In this document: piece after piece, positions 39,324 to 48,034 of the stretch
Position numbering within the stretch: position 1 is the stretch's first letter
How the letters are laid out: each line of letters starts with the position of its first letter
DNA from: Macrostomum hystrix
Lineage: Eukaryota; Animalia; Platyhelminthes
Assembly (NCBI GenBank): GCA_950097015.1
Contig: CATNEN010000037.1
Span: 2,108,001 to 2,172,000, forward strand
DNA length: 64,000 nt
Direction: 5' to 3'
Made by a program: the position numbers and the translations under genes
Notes under the pieces: generated by a model
The model's database searches: none
What the model was told of the DNA's origin: nothing
Seen by the model: only the letters and a program-made list of their open reading frames with translations

Positions 39324-42300
39324 TCAGCAGGCCACGAGGAACAATCGAACTCGCCTGGCGTCCCGTTCAGCCACAGCCAGCCAGGTGAGGCCACGAGAGG
39401 CCGTGGGCCACACAGCCAGACCGCACGGACTCTCCAACGGACGGGCCGCAGCGGCTCCTGATTGGCTAATAGCCGGATCGCTCAGCCGGCCCAAGCGTTT
39501 CGCTCCGTCCGGAGAGTGCACGTCGATCACGTGACTCTCCGTGTAGCTGACAAACACTCGACCAGCGGCGTCAACTGCCACGGAGACTGGCCGGCTCGGT
39601 CTGTGGGCAAGTAATGCAATCCTGGTCCCACTTTATGAATAAAAGTAGCCCGTCAGGACCACATGGTCTGATTTGCCTAACTAAGAGACTTGACCCATCA
39701 AGAGACTTGACCCATCAAGAGACTTGACCCATCAAAAGACTTGACCCATCAAGAGACTTGACCCATCAAGAGACTTGACCCATCAAGAGACTTGACCCAT
39801 CAAGAGACTTGACCCATCAAGAGACTTGGCCCATCAAGAGAGTTGACCCATCAAGAGACTTGACCCATCAAGAGACTTGACCCATCAAGAGAGTTGACCC
39901 ATCAAGAGACTTGACCCATCAAGAGACTTGGCATATCAAGAGACTTGACCCATCAAAAGACTTGACCCGTCAAGAGACTTGACCCATCAAGAACACTTGA
40001 CCCATCAAGAGACTTGACCCATCAAGAGACGTGACCCATCAAGAACACTTGACCCATCAAGAGACTTGACCCATCAAGAGACTTGACCCATCAAGAGACT
40101 TGACCCATCAAGAGACTTGACCCATCAAGAGACTTGACCCATTAAGAGACTTGACCCATCAAGAGAGTTGACCCATCAAGAGACTTTGTAGCAGCAAATT
40201 CACTTCTTTCTTTTAACTCTTAATATTTAAAGATTCAAATGGTACTTTTATTTCCCCCCTTACCGCTAATTTGTCTATGACCCTTGTTATCGATAGGTAC
40301 AGTTGCCCGGTTAAGACTTAAATGTAGCCTCACGACAAAACTAAATAAACAAGCTCAAGCTTTTGCCGACTGTTGAATTTAACAGCAACATTTGTAGCAA
40401 GTCAGCTACAAAATTGGTAGCAGAGCGTTTCATCATGCCAAAAACCAGGAGACACGAACCAGGCACAGCAGAAGCCCAGCGTCAACAGCGGCAACCCGAT
40501 GAAACGCCTCAAATGCCCGAGCGACAAATCACACAGCACGCAGTCAAACCGCCCGCGTTCTATCGCAAGTCCCCAGAAATATGGTTCCGTCAGTTAGAAT
40601 CCCAGTTCACGTTAGCCGGCATCGTCAATCCGACAACCAAGTTCCACCACACACTAGCCGCTCTACCCGAAGACGTGGCTTGCTCAATCGATCTGGATAC
40701 GGGAGACTATGCCTCACTTAAGTCGGCGGTGCTCGAATCGTTACGCGTAAACCGGCACCAGCGCATCGAAGAGGCACTGGCTGCAGTTGAACTCGGCGAC
40801 CGCCGTCCATCGCAACTGGTTAACGACATCAAGCGCAAGTTCGGCGAAGTCGGTCTGCAAGTCGATGATAGCATCGTCAAGTCTCGGCTCCTGTCGGCAC
40901 TCCCGACCCACATCCGTTCCGCATTAGTCGGACACGAAGACGCGCCGCTGGATGCTTTCTCTAAAATCTCCGACAGCATGCTGGCCGTGTCAGCCAGCAC
41001 AACGCCGTTCACCCCAATCAACCGGGCCATCGCACCCGGCCAGTTGTCCGCAGGAAACAAGAAAAGTCCGTTTCGAGGAGCTAGACGCGATGATTTTCAA
41101 GCCAACCGAAATACTCTCCGCCGCCCTAAAATCTGCAACGGTCACCTGTACTACGCCGCGGAAGCTCGCACCTGCCGACCGTGGTGTCAGTGGCCTGGAC
41201 CGAAGCTGACGATAACACTCGCCAGCCGCCAACCTACTCCGACTCAATCCCGCTCAAGCAGCCCAACGCCGACAGCGGCGTCAAACTAGTGGGTCACGTG
41301 CCTCGGCCGAGCCGCGACCCCTCCCAGGCCAACACGTTATTACTGTTGTGTCAAATTCTCCGTTCACCCGTTTCCTTTATGGTTGACACCGGTGCTGAGC
41401 GATCGCTGCTCCCACTAAAATTCGCTCCTCAAAATCTGTTGACAACCACACATGTGAAACTCTGTAGCATCGATGGTCGAGAAATCCCAACTTTCGGCCA
41501 ATGCTGCGTCACTCTTACAATTCCTGGTCTCCGTAGACCCTACCCTGCATCATTTATCGTTACCGACACTGCGCCAATTCTCGGAACCGACTTCTTCCTC
41601 AAGTTTGGGTTCCTCATCGATCTGAACACACGACGCATACAAGACCCAGCGACATCTCTTTACGCCAACCTCAGTCCATCGAGTGTGCAACTTCCCAAAA
41701 TCAACGCCACAACTCAACTGGAAGCGACCACACCACTCAAAAATTTCCCGCGATTACTGGAGGCACCGGACTACACCGCGCCACCCGCCACATCTGTGCG
41801 ACACCGCATCGAGACGACAGGTGAACCTGTATTCTGTCGACCTCGCCCATTATCCCCAGCGAAGTACGAAATCGCAAAGTTGGAATTCGACAAGCTCCTC
41901 CGCTTCGGTATCGTTCGCCCCTCGGCCAGTCCCTGGGCCTCCCCGCTTCACATGGTGAAGAAGAGGGACGGCTCCTGGCGACCATGTGGAGATTATCGAG
42001 CACTGAACGCGGCAACCAAACCAGACCGTTACCCTATTCCGAACATCAATCATTTTCACCATCGTCTACATGGAGCGAAAGTGTTCAGCACCCTTGACCT
42101 GGTTAAGGCCTACCACTTCATCCCGATTGCAGACGAAGATGTTGAGAAAACAGCGATTTGCACGCCATTTGGTTCTTTCGAATACATTCGCATGCCATTC
42201 GGCCTGAGAAACGCCGCCAGCACATTCCAGCGATACGTAGATTCCGTCTTTAGCGACCTCCCGTTCGTAACATCTTACATCGACGACATCTTGGTACACA

Positions 42301-45300
42301 GCCAGTCACGCGAAGAACATCAGGCGCACATCGAAGAGGTGCTGCGACGTCTAAGCGACAAAGGCTTGGGCGTCAACTCTGAAAAGTGCCATTTCTTTCG
42401 CGATTCAGTGGAGTTTCTTGGTTACTTCGTCACTGCTGACGGCATCCGACCGCTTCCGAACCGAGTCGAAGCACTGCGGAAACTCGAGGCTCCCACTGAC
42501 ATGCAATCACTACGGCGCTACCTTGGCATGTTCGGTTTTTATCAGCGGTGCATTCCGAATTATGCTGAGATCGCCACCCCGCTACGACAACTCGTCACGG
42601 CGCCATTCAATTGGACGAAGCGACATGACGACGCTTGGAAAGAACTCCAGGACAGTCTGGCGAACGCAGTCACCCTGACTTTTCCTCAAGCCAATGCCAC
42701 ATTCACAATCACAACCGACGCCAGCGCCACTGCCATCGGCGCAGCATTGCATCAGGTGGTAGCCGAGCAATCTTCCCCATTGGCATTCTACTCTCGCAAG
42801 CTCTCTGACACGGAAGCAGCTTACAGCACTTTTGATCGGGAACTGCTGGCTATTTTTGCTGCGGTCAAGACATGGAAATACATGATCCAAGGCCAACAAA
42901 CCACCGTGTTCTGCGACCACAAGCCCATCAGCGGAGCGTTTAGAAATAAGAAAGAACGGTTTTCCGATCGACAACAACGCCAGCTATCCGTCATCACGGA
43001 GTTTGTGAGCGACATCATCCACATTTCCGGCAAGGACAACATCGTAGCCGACACGCTATCACGACCGGTTTACCCATCCCAGAACCCGCCACCAACCACA
43101 ATTCGACTGCTTTCTGACCTTCCTCAATGTGTGGACCTGCCAGCCGTTGCACGAGCACAGAAGGAAAACCCGGAGGATGAACCCCAGACAGGCCGTTTCA
43201 GCAACTTTGACATTGGAATCAAGGACTGCCCACTGCGATGCGAAATCTCGCAGACAAACCCACGTCCCGTCATCCCTAGGACTCTCCGACGCGCTGTTTT
43301 TGACTCACTGCATGCATTCGCACATCCTGGCCGCAAAGCCACGCAACGACTCATCGTCTATCGTTTTTTCTGGCTAGGTATGGCTAACGACATCCAAAGG
43401 TGGGTAGCCGAATGTCAACAGTGCCAGCAGTGCAAGACAGGTCGTCACGTCCAACGCCCGTTGCAACAGCTTCCAGCACCCTCTCAACGTTTCACGACGG
43501 TCCATATCGATTTAGTCGGACCACTGCCACCTCCAGAGTCGACCGACGTTAGTCCCAGACCTCGCTACTTGCTCACAATGGTCGATGCATATTCACGTTG
43601 GATTGAAGCTGCCCCTCTCATTGACATCACCGCCACTTCAGTCGCGTGCGCCTTCCTAGAATCCTGGATTTCTCGGTTTGGCCCACCATTGACGCTGGTG
43701 ACCGATCAAGGCGCGCAGTTCCGCGCGGAGCTCATGCAAAACCTGGCTACACTGCTCGGAATCCATCACATCCGCACTTCAGCCTACAATCCGAGGGCAA
43801 ATGGCATCGTCGAGCGAACCCACCGAACATTAAAGTCCGGGCTGAAAGCACGTGGCAAGAACTAGCTGCAGCAGCTACCCATCGTGCTTCTCGGAATGCG
43901 CATTTTTGCAGACGAGACAGGTGCATCGCCATTCTCCATCGTTACCGGTGAACAACCATTAGTCCCACCTGTAGTTGCCGACACCTCCTCTGTCAAGGAA
44001 CTTTCCACAAGACTGCACCAACTTTTTTTTCCGTATCGCCAACCACGAACGCGCGAGGTAAAAATTCATCTGCCAGCAGACTTGGCTGCATGCACCCACG
44101 TCTGGTTGCGACTAGATCGAGTTCGACGTCCCCTAGAAGCACCCTACCAGGGACCCTATGCAGTGTTGGAGAGACACGAAACGACATTTACATTGGAAAT
44201 CAACGGCAAGCCTTCTGTGGTGTCTATCGATCGAGTGAAACCAGCTACACTCCCAGCACCGGTACCAATTAGCAAAGCACCAGCAACTACTGTAACACCG
44301 GAAAACCCACCGGCAGCAAACATACGTGCTAAAACCGCTTCCCACGTTCGTTTTTCCACAGAACCATCTGTTAAACTGTTTTACGCAACTGAACCATTAT
44401 TAACCTAACTGAAAAGCATCGTTTTCTAACTGTTTCATAACGACAATCAAAACCTTTGCATAAACTCCGTTTTGGGTGGGGGGAGTATCTTGTAGCAGCA
44501 AATTCACTTCTTTCTTTTAACTCTTAATATTTAAAGATTCAAATGGTACTTTTATTTCCCCCCTTACCGCTAATTTGTCTATGACCCTTGTTATCGATAG
44601 GTACAGTTGCCCGGTTAAGACTTAAATGTAACCTCACGACAAAACTAAATAAACAAGCTCAAGCTTTTGCCGACTGTTGAATTTAACAGCAACATTTGTA
44701 GCAAGTCAGCTACAACTTGACCCATCAAGAGACTTGACCCATCAAGAGACTTGACCCATCAAGAGACTTGACCCATCAAGAGACTTGACCCATCAAGAGA
44801 CTTGACCCATCAAGAGACTTGACCCATCAAGAGACTTGACCCATCAAGAGACTTGACCCATCAAGAGACTTGACCCATCAAGAGACTTGACCCATCAAGA
44901 GACTTGACCCATCAAGAGACTTGACCCATATCTTATTCTTTATAAAGTGCACTAGGGGCACAACTGTTGCTGTGCATTATTCTTCTACCCAATATTTTTA
45001 TTGCTTGTTCGAAATATATACCAGAGTGTTGTACGAGTATTTGATAAGGAATCTCTTATGAATCATAGTAACGTCCTCTTTCTTAGGTCTCCAAACACAC
45101 ACACACGCCCACACACAGCTCTGAGTCTAGAATCCGGAGAGATAACTCGAAAGGAGAGAACAGAAATGACATGCGAACATAGGAAGATTGGCAAACAGTG
45201 TCAAATGGTGGAACGAAATAAATATAAAAGAGTTTTAATTTGGGCGAATTTCTATAGACACGTTTAAACACTTTATATTGTGCGATCCAGTTTTAGCAGC

Positions 45301-47240
45301 TTGTTTGAGTCCCACTCACGGCTCAGGTGACAACCACTCCAGCGACAGTCCGGTCTCCGGACACAGTCGGTGCAGCCGCCCACTGGCGTAGTCAGTCAGC
45401 AGGACGCAGCCGTCTGAGCCGACAGCCAGCCGGCCGAAGCTGCCGGAGTGGCAGTGACCCACGGCCAGCTCGCGACAATGCCATCCACGATTCTCGTCCA
45501 TGACAACCGACAGGACGCGCCGGCCGAGTTCGTCGAATACCAGCAGGCGTTGATCGACTGTCGAGCCGGTCAAGCCGGCAGTGGACAGCGGGCTCGGCAG
45601 GCTGAGTCGGAACAGCAGGTTGCCGGCCAAGTCGCAGGCAGCCACGCCTGCCGAGTCCTGCGATATGAACAGCCGCTGACGGACGGAGTCGCAGTGAAGG
45701 CCGCGCACCTGGTGATTTAAAGTACATTTCGAGTACATGAAAAGTACATTTAGAGTACATTAAGAGTACATTAATAGTACATTTAGAGTTCATTTAGAGT
45801 ACATTTAGAGTACATTTAGAGTACATTTATAGAGTTGCAGAGCCGCGGAGAGAAGGCTTTGGAGCTTACGCTCGTACGAGCGTACGATGCAACTTGAATA
45901 GAAGCAGTGGAAATACCACATTTTTGTTTTTTCTGTATACCCCAAAATATTTTAGCAATAGCAATGAAAATCCAGAACACAGTCTAAAAAATTTCCGCTC
46001 TATCCGATCAAACAGTTTCCAGAATCACAAAACACAAATTAAATTAACTGGGCAGGTGCCACAACCCCTCCTGCAATTATTATTAGTTTAGATAAAAGAA
46101 CGGAGGGTTGTTGGTCCGAAAAACGTGATATGCATACCTAAAGCAACCACACCGACTTTCTTATTTTTAGATGGAAAATATTAATTTAATTTAGTGCCCG
46201 ATAAAGTGACCGATTAGTGCCAAAGTCTCTTGATTGGTCAGTCTGTTCTTGGGTCAAGTCTCTTGATGGTTCAAGTTTATTACACACTCCTTGTCTTTCA
46301 TAGCAGATTAGCTTTAAAACTTTATTTTTCTCATAAAACTCCGGAGACGCACCCGCTCCTTCCAGTCGATCTGGGCGCGCACCAGTAGCCGACTGCCATC
46401 GGAACCCAGAGCCAGAAGGTGGTCAGTCTGGTGGCTGAAGTGAAGCGAAGCGAACAGACAGAGCGGCGCCAACGGTCGACCAGTCGGCGAATTGGCCGCC
46501 GCGACCACCGCAACGCCGTCGGCGTCCGCCCAATAGTCGACGGTGTTGCCGCAGGCCGTCACCCACATGACGTCGCCGGGCAGCTGATCCCAGACAGTCG
46601 ACTCAACAAAGAGCGCAGAGTCGGCTGCTACAGCGGCTTCATTGTTGCTCGATGTCGGCGATAATGGCTTTAAGAAGTCGTGAACCAACTCGGCAAGCGA
46701 GCGGCACACCGAATCCCATCGAATGGACGCCTCTTGAGCATTCTTGAGCGACTCAGCAGCAGCAGCAGCAGCAGCTGATGCCGTCTCACTGAGCTCCTCG
46801 CCAAGTGCCAGATCCATGCGCCGAGCCAGACGATGTACCTCTGCCAGATTGTTTGACGCCATCGCAGCGGCGTCCTCCGCCTCATAGGTCATCAGCTCGG
46901 TCATTCTACGCTCTTCCGCAATGTCCTCCTCATCACAATTGCCGATGGCATTTAGCGCCTCGCGCAGGCCGCACGCTAGCAGATCGCGCGCTTCGTCAAA
47001 GGCGCGCAGAGCCTCGTTGCATAATTTGCGTCGCTTGGCTCTCGTCCTGAATGCCTGAGTCGCTTTTTGAAAGTTTCGGAGCACGCCTTCGCGATATGCC
47101 ATGAGATGTTTGGTGTCAAGAGCGGCGTGCTTGTCGCACAGCTTGTCAGGGCTGAAAGCTCCGATGACATTCGCTGGCTGATCGCAGCTGTAGCAGCTGC
47201 ACATTGCGGTGGCTGGCAGCGGCTGACTAGTATTTGCCAT
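39324..47240 (-). CDS. B-box-like / coiled-coil / NHL-like beta-propeller protein (TRIM-NHL-like, no RING seen; ~517 aa, 3 exons)
   Basis: complement(join(39324..39600,45320..45708,46353..47240)); junctions CGG|GTGCGT..CAG|GTG (phase 0) and CC|GTGAG..CAG|A (phase 2) fit, 1554 nt. N-terminal CSCYSCDQP...LCDKH, helical acidic segment, then NHL-type repeats ([36 protein letters not shown]...[14 protein letters not shown]). Confidence 0.8.
39685..40186. repeat. 17-bp minisatellite (GACTTGACCCATCAAGA)n, left part (split by the LTR element)
   Basis: Visible period; continues at 44715. Confidence 0.97.
40414..40424 (+). other. Primer-binding site complementary to the 3' end of initiator tRNA-Met
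   Basis: TGGTAGCAGAG 3 nt after the 5' LTR; metazoan tRNAiMet ends ...CTCTGCTACCA. Confidence 0.85.
40435..41289 (+). CDS. gag: Gag of the Gypsy element
   Basis: ATG 40435; [24 protein letters not shown]-terminal motif; [18 protein letters not shown] Cys-His box; TAG 41287-41289. Confidence 0.92.
   Translation: MPKTRRHEPGTAEAQRQQRQPDETPQMPERQITQHAVKPPAFYRKSPEIWFRQLESQFTLAGIVNPTTKFHHTLAALPEDVACSIDLDTGDYASLKSAVLESLRVNRHQRIEEALAAVELGDRRPSQLVNDIKRKFGEVGLQVDDSIVKSRLLSALPTHIRSALVGHEDAPLDAFSKISDSMLAVSASTTPFTPINRAIAPGQLSAGNKKSPFRGARRDDFQANRNTLRRPKICNGHLYYAAEARTCRPWCQWPGPKLTITLASRQPTPTQSRSSSPTPTAASN
41181..44408 (+). pseudogene. pol: Pol (protease-RT-RNase H-integrase) in the -1 frame to gag, with one in-frame TAG at 43863-43865
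   Basis: VDTGAERS protease, YIDD RT, TDAS/DRELLA/CDHKP RNase H, HHCC and D(HIDLVGP)-D(TDQGAQF)-E(VERTHR) integrase; reading resumes in the same frame after [14 protein letters not shown] and includes the GPY module (APYQGPY). Confidence 0.9.
44474..44485 (+). other. Polypurine tract
   Basis: GGGTGGGGGGAG 5 nt before the 3' LTR. Confidence 0.85.
44715..44928. repeat. 17-bp minisatellite (GACTTGACCCATCAAGA)n, right part
   Basis: Resumes in register after the duplicated ACTT. Confidence 0.97.
45720..45832. repeat. 11/12-bp repeat (TAGAGTACATT)n next to the NHL exon-2 acceptor
   Basis: About 9 visible units. Confidence 0.85.
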
Positions 47241-47642
47241 AGCCAATTCTACTGGGCGACACAGGATCGGACGTAGAAGTTGAAGCTAGTACAGCTACTA
47301 GTTATTAAGGCTCCAGTGTCTCTCCTAAACGAGAAGTACTTAGACTGCTAGCTTACTCATGGGTCCTATCTTTTCTGACTGCCTAGCCAATGAGCTTCAG
47401 TTCTTGCAGACTGCCCAAACTTCATACCTAAACCAATGCAGCCTGGCATGGAAGCGTGAAAAAGGCAAGGTAAATTCTAAAAATAGGTTTGACACATCAG
47501 CTGTAACCTTCTATTACTGTCAAACTGTAAGAGTCACAAATAAATATATTTGCAGATAAATATGCCCAAAATAGTGAAGAAAAAAGAAATTAAGGGGTGC
47601 GCACGTGGAGTTTTACCGTTTACGGAATGACTGGACAAAAAA

Positions 47643-47842
47643 TAGCTGTTCAGTCCATGGACTGAGGGGAAACCACATCCACCTTCAATTACCCCAGCTG
47701 ATGCTGGTACCCACTTAACAGCTGGGTGAACTGAAGCAATCCAGAGCTAAGTGTCTTGCCAAAGCACACAAATTTTTCCAAAGGAGTCGGAATCGAACCC
47801 CTGACCACCAAGTCGAGAGTCCGACACTCTAACCACTTGGCT
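47643..47842 (-). mobile_element. tRNA-derived CORE-like SINE
   Basis: Minus strand: A-box-like AGCCAAGTGGTTAGAG, B box GGTTCGATTCC, then TGTGTGCTTTGGCAAGACACTTAGCTC...TGCTTCAGTTCACCCAGCTGTTAAGTGGGTACC (resembles the MIR/CORE domain), tail TCCATGGACTGAACAGC. A homologous copy is at 62457-62640. Confidence 0.78.
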
Positions 47843-48034
47843 TCAGTACCTACAGATACTACCTAATAAACAAGTAGTATGTATAGCAGTTAATAAGCTT
47901 CCAATCCTACTCTAATTGGTTGACAGGAATGCGAATTAAAAAACCAACCATGCTTGAAGCATAAGAACGATAAATTAAAACTGGAGAAACAGGTGAGACA
48001 GGCAGACCGAGAGACAGAAACAGTGTTGGCCACA

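Larger units (their letters stand above)
40187..44714 (+). mobile_element. Full-length Ty3/Gypsy LTR retrotransposon, CsRn1-like (4528 bp)
   Basis: LTRs 40187-40410 and 44491-44714 (224 bp, TGTAGC...GCTACA, one G/A mismatch at 40327/44631); 4-bp TSD ACTT; PBS; PPT; gag then PR-RT-RH-IN order; Gag CX2HX9CX3C box. Antisense to the host NHL gene. Confidence 0.97.

Noticed and set aside
40707-44359. Antisense and alternate-frame ORFs over gag/pol, and similar shadows over Lmx1, Hillarin and ZnF exons
   Set aside because: Typical GC-rich shadow ORFs with no motifs of their own.
45835-45905. Micro-exon of the NHL gene
   Set aside because: The phase-0 reading hits TAA and the GTAAGC donor gives phase 2, incompatible with exon 2; exons 1 and 2 join directly.
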